The notes below the pieces were generated by a model. That model was not told where the DNA came from and ran no database searches. It saw only the letters and a list, made by a program, of their open reading frames with translations. Of a stretch of 64,000 nucleotides of DNA, positions 20,854 to 28,751 are shown in pieces (within the stretch, counting starts at the first letter, position 1; the number at the start of each line of letters is the position of its first letter). The DNA lies in contig OZ220089.1 of assembly GCA_964291625.2 (NCBI GenBank), positions 672,001 to 736,000 on the forward strand. Direction: 5' to 3'. Made by a program: the position numbers and the translations under genes. This DNA is from Candidatus Latescibacterota bacterium. Lineage in GTDB: Bacteria > Latescibacterota > UBA2968 > UBA8231.

Positions 20854-22194
20854 TTACTCCCACAGGCGGGGAATCGGAACGGCGTACAGGCCGTCTCCGA
20901 AGGGGACGGTGGTCTCTCCGTCGTACAGCACGACTCCCTGGCGGAAACGGTCGCCCGCGACGCCCCGCAGCTTCCGGAGCCCGTTGAAATCGCTGCGCCT
21001 GACGGTCGCCGATGCCTTGACCTCGACACCGGCGATGGCGTGCGAGCCCTGCTCCATCACGATGTCCACCTCCACTCCATCCCTGTCCCGGAAGTGGGAG
21101 AACTCGACGGGAACGTCCTGCCAGCTGCCCTGCCTCCGCAGTTCCTGGAAGACGAACGTCTCGAGGAGTTGCCCCAGCAGGGAACGATCCGCCGCCAGCT
21201 GCGCGGGACCGAGGCCGAGAAGCGCGGTGGCCAGACCCGTGTCTCCGAGGTGGAGCTTGGGAGTCTTGACCAGACGGCTCAGACGATTGCTGTGCCAGGG
21301 CGGGAGTCTCTCGAGAAGGAACAGGCGTTCGAGAAGCGTGACGTACTCCCCGATCGTGGGACGGCTGAGCTGGAACGGCGCGGCCAGATCGGAGAGGTTG
21401 AAGATCCGGCCCGTCTGCGAGGCGGCAGCGCGCAGGAGTGGCGGGAGGGTCTCGAGCGATCTGATGCGGGCCAGGTCGCGCACGTCGCGTTGAACCAGTG
21501 TCTCGACGTAGTCGCGATACCAGTTGGCCTGTCGCCGAGGGGTGGGCCGCGCCAGCGCCGGCGGGAATCCGCCGGCGACGATGAGCTCTGCCAGTCGCGA
21601 ACCGAGCCTGCGGGTCTGAACGATCTTGAACCCCTCCCCGAACAGGTCGGCTACGAATCCCCTGCCCGGATTCGGTGGGATCACGGAAGACCGCGACGCC
21701 ACTTCGTACCGCGACAGCGGATGGAGTCGGACGATCTGCAGCCGTCCGGCAAGGGACTCGGAGAGGGCCGGCAGGAGCAGGACGTTGGTGGAGCCGGCAA
21801 GGATGAATCGGCCGGGTACCCGGTTCCGGTCGACTTCGAGCTTCAGGGCCGGGAAGAGCTCTGGAACGAGCTGAATCTCGTCCAGGATGACGCGTTCCGG
21901 GAGGCCGGCGACAAACCCGGCGGGGTCCGCTCGAGCGCCGTCCCTCGCGATGGCATCGTCGAAGCTGATGTATCCGTAGTCCCGCTGCTGCCGTGACACT
22001 CCCCAACTCAGCCGTTCCTCCCCCCACAGCAAGTATTCGCCACGCCACGTGAGGTAGTCCGGCGCATAGGCGTACTGGGCGAGTGTCGTCTTGCCGCACT
22101 GGCGCGGGCCGTGGATGAGTACGACCGGCGAGTCCTCCAGGGCCTCGGCGAGGCGGGGCTCGATGAGTCGCGGATAGAAGGTCTGTTCGGACAT
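20854..22194 (-). CDS. Second AAA ATPase with DUF4143
   Basis: GPRQCGKTT, VILDEIQ, LAGS, KTPKLHLGDTGL and EVD...GVEVK. Confidence 0.9.
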   Translation of the reverse strand: MSEQTFYPRLIEPRLAEALEDSPVVLIHGPRQCGKTTLAQYAYAPDYLTWRGEYLLWGEERLSWGVSRQQRDYGYISFDDAIARDGARADPAGFVAGLPERVILDEIQLVPELFPALKLEVDRNRVPGRFILAGSTNVLLLPALSESLAGRLQIVRLHPLSRYEVASRSSVIPPNPGRGFVADLFGEGFKIVQTRRLGSRLAELIVAGGFPPALARPTPRRQANWYRDYVETLVQRDVRDLARIRSLETLPPLLRAAASQTGRIFNLSDLAAPFQLSRPTIGEYVTLLERLFLLERLPPWHSNRLSRLVKTPKLHLGDTGLATALLGLGPAQLAADRSLLGQLLETFVFQELRRQGSWQDVPVEFSHFRDRDGVEVDIVMEQGSHAIAGVEVKASATVRRSDFNGLRKLRGVAGDRFRQGVVLYDGETTVPFGDGLYAVPIPRLWE

Positions 22195-22216
22195 CGAGGG
22201 GATTCCCGGTGCGACT

Positions 22217-22308
22217 TCGGCTGATCGCAAGGTTCGGGGTCGGCCAATTGTAACCTCAAATAGCGGCTAATTGCAAGTTTCAGTGTCGGCTGATCGAAAG
22301 GTAACGGC
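22217..22308. repeat. Four tandem degenerate 23-bp repeats upstream of the ATPase
   Basis: TCGGCTGATCGCAAGGTTCGGGG / TCGGCCAATTGTAACCTCAAATA / GCGGCTAATTGCAAGTTTCAGTG / TCGGCTGATCGAAAGGTAACGGC. Confidence 0.7.
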
Positions 22309-22346
22309 CTTGCGGGCGGCTGGAACTGGCCCGGGCGTGGTATGCC

Positions 22347-22536
22347 GCCGAACGCTCCCCTGGGCACGGCCTTCGAGGATCGCGTCCGAGTGCTGGGCGG
22401 GCGCGCCGACGGGGGCGCACCGAGAGCTACGCCTACGACCCGGCCAGCGGCGAGTGGGCGCGGGGCCCGGACCTGCCCCTGGAGCTGAGCCGGGCGGCGG
22501 CGGCCGACGCCGACGGCCGGATGCGGGCGGTAGTCA
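22347..22536 (+). pseudogene. Decayed duplicate of the Kelch gene 3' end
   Basis: Matches about 20505-20771 (GCACGGCCTTCGAG...GAGAGCTACGCCTACGACCC...GACGGCCGG, then GATGCGGGCGG..TAGTC) with indels. Confidence 0.9.
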
Positions 22537-22897
22537 GCGCGGCCAGCAGCATGGGCAGGGACCGCAGTTCCCGCTTCAGGGGATCCAGCACGTAGCCCAG
22601 GGCCTCGAGGGTGACCACACCGAGAAGATTGCTGTCGCCGGGTTCGCCGAAGACGACCGGCGCGGCCCCCCGGTGCTCCTTGTAGCGGAACAAAGCGTCG
22701 CCCAGGGGACGTTCGATCTGGTCGCCGTTGGCCAGGGTAAAGGTCCGGCTCGAGTGCGGCTCGATGCCCAGCTCCTCCAGGAGCGTCCGCTGCACTACCG
22801 AGTAGACGGCCCCCGAGTCGATCAGGAACCGCTCGCTGCGGAACTCCTCCGGCCGGGCGGGAGAGGCGATGTCGATAGCGAGATATGTGAGTCCCAC
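22433..22897 (-). CDS. Clan AA (retropepsin-like) aspartic protease
   Basis: LIDSGA and LLGVVTLEALG; GTG start with GGAGG. The C-terminus runs on into the Kelch scar. Confidence 0.8.
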   Translation of the reverse strand: MGLTYLAIDIASPARPEEFRSERFLIDSGAVYSVVQRTLLEELGIEPHSSRTFTLANGDQIERPLGDALFRYKEHRGAAPVVFGEPGDSNLLGVVTLEALGYVLDPLKRELRSLPMLLAALTTARIRPSASAAAARLSSRGRSGPRAHSPLAGS

Positions 22898-22965
22898 GTG
22901 AGAGCCTCCATCACTGGCATCCATGGGCGTCGGGTTTACCTATCTTCGCCTTCGAAGCCGCGAAG

Positions 22966-23160
22966 TCAAGTCCCCGCCAGCGTGGCCTCCATCACGGCAT
23001 CCACCACCGCCCGCAGGGCCTCCTCGGGCGTCGCCCCCGCCTCCAACGCCTCCCGGTAGCAGGCCGCCTGCCTGTGGGAGCTGGTCCCCCGCTCGACGAT
23101 GGTGCTGACGTGCTCCACCTCGGCGAGGCTCCCGAGGTGCTCGGCGTCCTCCCCGACAAG
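22966..23160 (-). pseudogene. Decayed duplicate of the carboxylate-amine ligase 3' end
   Basis: LVGEDAEHLG..AEVEH..TIVERGTSSH.QAACYREAL.AGATPEEALRAVVDAVMEATLAG matches 24755-24946. Confidence 0.92.
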
Positions 23161-23246
23161 GCGATTTTCTTTTCGAACGGACAGTACCTGACCGGTTGGC
23201 ACGTAGATTTGCCGGACTTTCTCGCCATTCCCAGAGGAGGGATGCC

Positions 23247-23477
23247 ATGAAGAGGATACTGATGGTCCTGCTGGCCGCCGTGACTATCACCGTAGACGGA
23301 GGCTGTGGTTTCCTGGATCTCAGTCTGAGCAGCGGGTCGGACGGTGGCGGATCGGACGGCAGCGGATCGGACGGCAGCGGGTCGGACGGCGGTGGGTCAG
23401 GCGGTGGGTCAGGTGGCGGCTCGGGCGGCGGGTCGGGCGGCGGCGGCGGGTCGGGCGGCGGCGGCGGGTCGGCCTGA
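23247..23477 (+). CDS. Small secreted Gly/Ser-rich protein
   Basis: RBS GAGGAGG, signal-like MKRILMVLLAAV, then tandem GSD/GGGS repeats. Confidence 0.5.
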   Translation: MKRILMVLLAAVTITVDGGCGFLDLSLSSGSDGGGSDGSGSDGSGSDGGGSGGGSGGGSGGGSGGGGGSGGGGGSA

Positions 23478-23489
23478 GAAGCAACCGGG

Positions 23490-23696
23490 TTGGGTAACTC
23501 CTTCGACTTCGCCTTCCAGACCCGCATCGACAAGGGCCGGATCGACCTGTTGGCCACCTCCGGGTGCGTGCGCCGCAAGGAGGTGGTGCTGCTGTGGGGC
23601 CCCGGGCGTGGGCAGGTCCCGCTCGCGGCCGGACTGGGCGTCAAGAAGGACTGTCGTGTCGCCAAGCAACTCCACACTCGGGTGAAGGTGGCGTAG
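23490..23696 (+). mobile_element. IS21-family IstB helper ATPase remnant
   Basis: FDFAFQTRIDKGRIDLLAT....RKEVVLLWGPG with a degenerate Walker A. No istA and no inverted repeats seen. Confidence 0.65.
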
Positions 23697-23722
23697 GGGT
23701 AAGCCTCTGGAGACGAGGCGAT

Positions 23723-24694
23723 ATGGAGGAGTTGCCCGTGCAGCCAGGATCGGTTTGCCATGTCCTTCGATACTCTCGAAGGGTTCTTCTCATCCTCGTA
23801 CTTGCAGCTGTCTCGACGCCTGCTGCTCAACCTGACTCATCGAAGACGCGGCAACAGGAAGTCGATCTCAAGCGCCTGGGCTATACAGGTGCCGGTGCTG
23901 CTGGTCTGCATTGGTACGGCTTCCGGCATCTTGAGAGAAACTGGTGGCAAGGGGAAAAGGTCCCTCTCCGCCTGGTTCACGATTGGTCTGGTGATTCCTA
24001 TCTCAATCTGGACCACGCCAGTCACTTCATGTGGGGGCTCTTTCTCGCGCAAGCCACAGGCGATCTCTACCACTGGATAGGCTTTTCTCAGCGCACCGCA
24101 GCTCTGCTCGGCTCTCTCAGCAGCATAGCCGAGATGTTCTATGTCGAGTACCGCGACGGGAGATATGGTCACTGGGGTTTCAGCACTCCCGATGCCACGG
24201 CCGATGTGCTCGGCGCACTGGTTCCCCTGATCCACGCAAGTATTCCGGCGACTCGAATCGTCCAGTTCAAGCTCAGCTACTTCCCCTCCCCGCTCTTTCG
24301 CTATGGACACGCACGCCAGGCTGATGGACACCCGTATGTCCTCTCGTTCATGGACGACTACGAGGGGATGACGTTCTGGATGGTGATGGACCCCAGGCCC
24401 CTGCTACCGAGGCATGCCGCCGGGCGGTGGCCCGATTGGCTGGGAGTGGCGGTAGGGGTCGGGGCTCAGGGACTGCACGGCTATGGCCGCACAAGCCGCG
24501 GTCCCGACCGCTGGTATCCCGACATGCCGGATGCGCAGCGCGAGATCTACCTCTCGCTGGACTTCGACTTCGCGCATTCGTTGGCCAATTTCGAAGTACT
24601 TCGCAGGTTCACGCCCTACTTCCGTCTCCTCCGCTTTCCCACCCCCGCCCTTCGCATTCACCCCACGCCGACCCTCTACCTGTTCTATTTCTGA
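23723..24694 (+). CDS. DUF2279/YfiM-like membrane or exported protein
   Basis: WW motif, LDHASHF, E..DG....GFS..D..AD, DDYEGMTFW and YLSLDFD. Confidence 0.65.
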   Translation: MEELPVQPGSVCHVLRYSRRVLLILVLAAVSTPAAQPDSSKTRQQEVDLKRLGYTGAGAAGLHWYGFRHLERNWWQGEKVPLRLVHDWSGDSYLNLDHASHFMWGLFLAQATGDLYHWIGFSQRTAALLGSLSSIAEMFYVEYRDGRYGHWGFSTPDATADVLGALVPLIHASIPATRIVQFKLSYFPSPLFRYGHARQADGHPYVLSFMDDYEGMTFWMVMDPRPLLPRHAAGRWPDWLGVAVGVGAQGLHGYGRTSRGPDRWYPDMPDAQREIYLSLDFDFAHSLANFEVLRRFTPYFRLLRFPTPALRIHPTPTLYLFYF

Positions 24695-24754
24695 CCGCCG
24701 TGGCTGTTCTCACGCTGGTTGGGGTCGGGCGTCCCTGATGCAGTCGACCCGTCG

Positions 24755-25888
24755 TCAGCCCGCCAGCGTGGCCTCCATCACCGCATCCACCACCGCCCGC
24801 AGGGCCTCCTCGGGCGTCGCCCCCGCCGCCAACGCCTCCCGGTAGCACGCCGCCTGCATGTGGGAGCTGGTCCCCCGCTCGACGATGGTGCGGGCGTGCT
24901 CCACCTCGGCGACGCAGCCGAAGTGCTCGGCGTCCTCCCTCACCAGCTCCAGCAGCTCGTCCATCAGCTGCGGGAAGGGAACGATCTCGCCGCGGCCGAA
25001 GTCGACCATCCCTTCGTCGATGCCGTAGCGCTGGGCCCGCCAGCGGTTCTCGTCGACCAGGGTGCGGGTGTAGATCCGCCAGCGCTGGTTGTCGCGGCGC
25101 AGCCGGTAGAGCATGCGGCAGATGCAGCGGAAGAGGGCGGTGCAGCAGAGGGCGTCCTCCAGGCGGGTGCAGACGTCGGTGACCCGCATCTCGAGGGTGG
25201 GGAAGCGGGCGCTCGGGCGCACGTCCCACCACAGCTTGGTGGCGTCCTCGATCAGGCCCGCCGCGGTCATGAGCTCCACCGTGCGCCGGTACTCGTCGTG
25301 GCTCTCGAAGCGCTCGGGCAGGCCGGTCCGGGGCAGCTCGTCGAAGACGCACAGGCGGTAGGACTGCAGGCCCGTCTCCGTGCCCTCCCAGAAGGGCGAG
25401 GAGGTGCTCAGGGCCAGCAGGTGGGGCAGGAAGTAGGAGACCTGGTTGAGGATGTCGACGCGCAGCTCGTCGTCCTCGAGGCCCACGTGGACGTGCATGC
25501 CGCAGATGAGCAGGCGCTGGGCGACGACCTGCATGTCCTGGTGCAGGATGTTGTAGCGCGGCTTGTCGGTGTGCTTCTGGTCCCGCCAGCGGGCGAAGGG
25601 ATGGGTCGAGGCGGCGATCAGCCCGAGGCCGTGGCCGCCGGCGATCCCGGCCACGGTGCGCCGCAGGTGCTCCAGGTCGGCGCGGATCTCGGCCGTGGAG
25701 TCGCGCACCGGGGTGCCGACCTCGACCTGGGGCCGCAGGAACTCGGGGCTGAAGTGGGCGCCGAGCTCCTGCTCGAAGCGGTCGAGCAGCTCCGCCGGCG
25801 GCTCGCTCACCAGGTCCCGCGTGTTCCGGTCGACGAGGAGGTACTCCTCTTCCACGCCGAGGCTGAAGGTAGGCTCGCGCAGGGCCAT
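24755..25888 (-). CDS. Carboxylate-amine ligase (YbdK / GCS2 family)
   Basis: LGVEEEYLLVD, CGMHVHVG, ALSTSSPFW and WWDVRPS..FPTLEMR. Confidence 0.92.
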   Translation of the reverse strand: MALREPTFSLGVEEEYLLVDRNTRDLVSEPPAELLDRFEQELGAHFSPEFLRPQVEVGTPVRDSTAEIRADLEHLRRTVAGIAGGHGLGLIAASTHPFARWRDQKHTDKPRYNILHQDMQVVAQRLLICGMHVHVGLEDDELRVDILNQVSYFLPHLLALSTSSPFWEGTETGLQSYRLCVFDELPRTGLPERFESHDEYRRTVELMTAAGLIEDATKLWWDVRPSARFPTLEMRVTDVCTRLEDALCCTALFRCICRMLYRLRRDNQRWRIYTRTLVDENRWRAQRYGIDEGMVDFGRGEIVPFPQLMDELLELVREDAEHFGCVAEVEHARTIVERGTSSHMQAACYREALAAGATPEEALRAVVDAVMEATLAG

Positions 25889-26679
25889 CAGGGCAGGACC
25901 TCCTCCAGGACCTCGGCCAGGATCCGCTCGCAGCGCGCGATCCCGTCGTCGGCGGCGAGCAGGTCCTCGCGGATCTCGATCATGGCGTTGGGGAGCCCGG
26001 CCGGCGCGGCGTGGTGGCCGTTGGAGAAGGCGCCGTGGTCGCGCCCGGAGTAGGGCTCGTTGTCGCCGACGATCAGTCCCGGCCGCCGGCGCAGGGCCTC
26101 GATCAGGGGCCGGGCGATGCGGGCGTCGCGGTCCCAGAGGACGCCGAAGTGCCAGGGGCGCGCCATGCCGTTCATGTTGGGGGTGAAAGTGTGTAGGGCG
26201 ACGTAGGCCGGGGCCTCCCCCCGCGAGCGGACGCGCCCGAGGACCTCGGCGATCGCCTCGTGGTAGGGATGGAACAGCTCCCGGGCCCGCCGCTCCGCCT
26301 CCTCCGGCGTGAGGCCCTGGTTGCCGGGGACGGGGGTGCCGTCGCTCTCGGACAGGATCGACTCCGGATGGCCGGGACTGCGGTTGCAGTCGATGACCAG
26401 GCGGGAGTAGCCGGAGAGCACGGCGGGGGCGTCGAAGCGCCGCGACAGCCGGCGGGCCAGCTCGGCGGCGCCCGCGTCCCAGCCGATGTGGCGGCGCAGG
26501 TCGGCCGGGTCGAGCCCCAGGCCGTCCAGGGCCGCGGGCACGGCGTGGGAGGCGTGGTCGCAGGTGAGCACCATCGAGCCCCGGCCTTCGGGGTTGACGA
26601 CCTCGAAGGGCGGTGGATCGCCGTCGGCCAGCAACCCGGCTCTACCTGGCGACGACCTGTCCAAGTACTCGTGTCTCAC
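25888..26679 (-). CDS. N-formylglutamate amidohydrolase family
   Basis: CDHAS, HIGWDAGA, YSRLVIDCNR, HTFTP, GDNEPY and IEIR. GTG start assumed. Confidence 0.9.
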   Translation of the reverse strand: MRHEYLDRSSPGRAGLLADGDPPPFEVVNPEGRGSMVLTCDHASHAVPAALDGLGLDPADLRRHIGWDAGAAELARRLSRRFDAPAVLSGYSRLVIDCNRSPGHPESILSESDGTPVPGNQGLTPEEAERRARELFHPYHEAIAEVLGRVRSRGEAPAYVALHTFTPNMNGMARPWHFGVLWDRDARIARPLIEALRRRPGLIVGDNEPYSGRDHGAFSNGHHAAPAGLPNAMIEIREDLLAADDGIARCERILAEVLEEVLP

Positions 26680-26804
26680 TTCTCGCTCCCCAAGCTCATG
26701 TCGGGCTCGGCAGCGGTCCCGAAGCCGCCGCCCCCCAAAAGGGTACACGGAGATCGCCCGGTGAGGAAAGCGCGAACCTCCCTCCGGCTCTCTGGCGCCT
26801 CTCG

Positions 26805-27992
26805 TCAAGGCGGCGGCGGCGGCGTGGACCCACGGCTCTCCCACCAGCGCCTCCAGGCTTCGGCGTCGGTGCCCCATCTCTCGCCGGTCAGGGATCGCAG
26901 GGCCTCAGCCGCCTGCCGCTGCACGAGTGGGGCGTCACGGCTCAGCACCTCGATCAGCAGCGGCACCGCGGTCTCGCCGCCGATCCGGCCCAGGGCCTCG
27001 GCGGCGCTGGCGCGCAGGGCCGGATCGAAGGCGGAGCGCAGGACCTCCATCAGGTCCGCGGTGGCGCGCCCGTCCCCGATCCGGCCGAGGGCGGTCACGA
27101 GGGCCTCCTGGAGCTGGAAGTTGGCGGTCTCGCCCAGCATCGTCCGCAGCGGTTGCACCGTCGTCGAGTCGCCCAGGCCGCCCAAGGCCTCGATGGCCGA
27201 CACCCTCAGGGCCGACGAGCCTCCCATCGCGGTCTCGACCAGCGGCCCGGGGCCGTAGAGCCGTCCGATCATGACCGCCAGTTCGGGCGCCACGATGGCG
27301 TCGAAGGCTGCCTCGAAGGGCGCGTCCTCGGGCCGCGGGAAGTCCGCCGAGTCGATGCGCTCCGGCGGGCTGTACATGCCATCGAAGGACCGGTCGTAGA
27401 GCCTCTCCCCCGCCGTCGACAGCGAGACCGACCCGCGCAGGCCGGCACCCGCGTACCGCCTGGTCACGGCGCTGGAGGCTTGGTTGCGCTCGTTCACCGG
27501 CGCGTAGGGCTGGCTCACGGCGCGACCCTCGAGGCGCAGGACCAGCACACCATCGGCTGCCCCGGCCCCGTCCCGCGCGATCCTCAGGCCCGCCGGCCGC
27601 AGCAGCGCCTCCGCCGTCTGGGCCACGGGCAGGGCCAGGCCGTCGATCTCCCGGTCGGCGCGACCGTGGACGTAGCTCTGGCGGATCTCGAGGTGAACGG
27701 ACTCGATGCGACGCAGGGCCTCGTAGAGCGCCTTCAGACGCTCCCGCGCCGCCTCGGACCGGGGGCCGCCGGGGTAGCGCTCGAGAAACGTCTCGTAGGC
27801 CGGGATCGTGCCCGTCCTGCGGGTCGCCTTCCACAGCTGGCTCTCCAGCGACGGCGCGCAGGCGATGACGACGACAGCCGGCAACGGCCAGAGATGTGGG
27901 ATGGGAGAACGGATGGCTCGGCTCGCCGGTGGCAGCCCGGGACCGCTGGTTGCCGAACGGGGCGGGTACAACCTAGTTCCGGGGATCTCCAA
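26805..27992 (-). CDS. HEAT-repeat protein (possible lipoprotein)
   Basis: Repeated ALGRIG units and a TGERWG.D..AW..WW end. The true start is probably downstream of the ORF start. Confidence 0.75.
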   Translation of the reverse strand: MEIPGTRLYPPRSATSGPGLPPASRAIRSPIPHLWPLPAVVVIACAPSLESQLWKATRRTGTIPAYETFLERYPGGPRSEAARERLKALYEALRRIESVHLEIRQSYVHGRADREIDGLALPVAQTAEALLRPAGLRIARDGAGAADGVLVLRLEGRAVSQPYAPVNERNQASSAVTRRYAGAGLRGSVSLSTAGERLYDRSFDGMYSPPERIDSADFPRPEDAPFEAAFDAIVAPELAVMIGRLYGPGPLVETAMGGSSALRVSAIEALGGLGDSTTVQPLRTMLGETANFQLQEALVTALGRIGDGRATADLMEVLRSAFDPALRASAAEALGRIGGETAVPLLIEVLSRDAPLVQRQAAEALRSLTGERWGTDAEAWRRWWESRGSTPPPPP

Positions 27993-28420
27993 CGGAAAGG
28001 AGTCACTCGCGATAGGTCATACAGGTCAAGGCAATCCCCTGCTGGTCGGCCAGGATGCCTTCCCGAATCGAGTTCATCCGGTTGGACCCGTTCCGCGGCA
28101 CCTTCTGGCGCGGCGGACCGGTGCTGCAGTCGGCCCTCGCCGGCATTGACCTGGCGCTGTGGGACCTCAAGCGCCAGGCCCTCGGCGTGCCCGGGTACCG
28201 CCGCCTCGGAGGCCCCGCCCGCGACAAGGTCCTCCTCTACCGGCACGTCGGCGGCGACACGCCGGAGGCTGGTCGAGAGCTCCCGAGCCCTGCTCGACGA
28301 GGGCTGGAACGTGGTGCGCATCTCGCCGAACGCCCGTGCGCGCCATGGAGCTGTGCTGGCAACTACAGGCACTGCGCGGCCCTTCTGCGTCCAGGGCCCG
28401 ATCCGCTTGGAATACCCCCC
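27989..28420 (+). pseudogene. Decayed duplicate of the enolase-superfamily dehydratase 5' part, including its RBS
   Basis: CCAACGGAAAGGAG(T/C)CACTCG and RIEFI..D.FRGTFWRGGPVLQSALAG.DLALWDL match 33276-33967, with deletions and frameshifts. The start GTG has become GCG. Confidence 0.92.
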
Positions 28421-28751
28421 CTGCGTGGCTTGACCCAGGCGCAGCTTGATGACGCTTGCGAGGACCGAGACAGGCCGCCAATGTTGAGTGGCCTCCTTGA
28501 TGGTGATACACCCAAGCCCCTAGTTTGGCTTGGAAGGACCATGACCCGCTAAGGCCCTATATCCGGTACAGGTAAGCTGGGGCAGCCCCAATGTGAGTTG
28601 GGCTGCCATGACAGGCTTGAGCTATAAGGACGGCTCAAGTACGTTCGACCAAAACACAAACGTCGACTGGAAAGGCCTGTTCATGCTGGGGAAGCAACAG
28701 ATGGTGCTCGCCCCGAGGCGCCTCCTGGCACAAGGTTTGGAAGACAAACTG

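Noticed and set aside
23490-23696. Active IS21 element as the cause of the duplications
   Set aside because: Only a short degenerate istB fragment remains. IS target duplications are a few bp, not 28 to hundreds.
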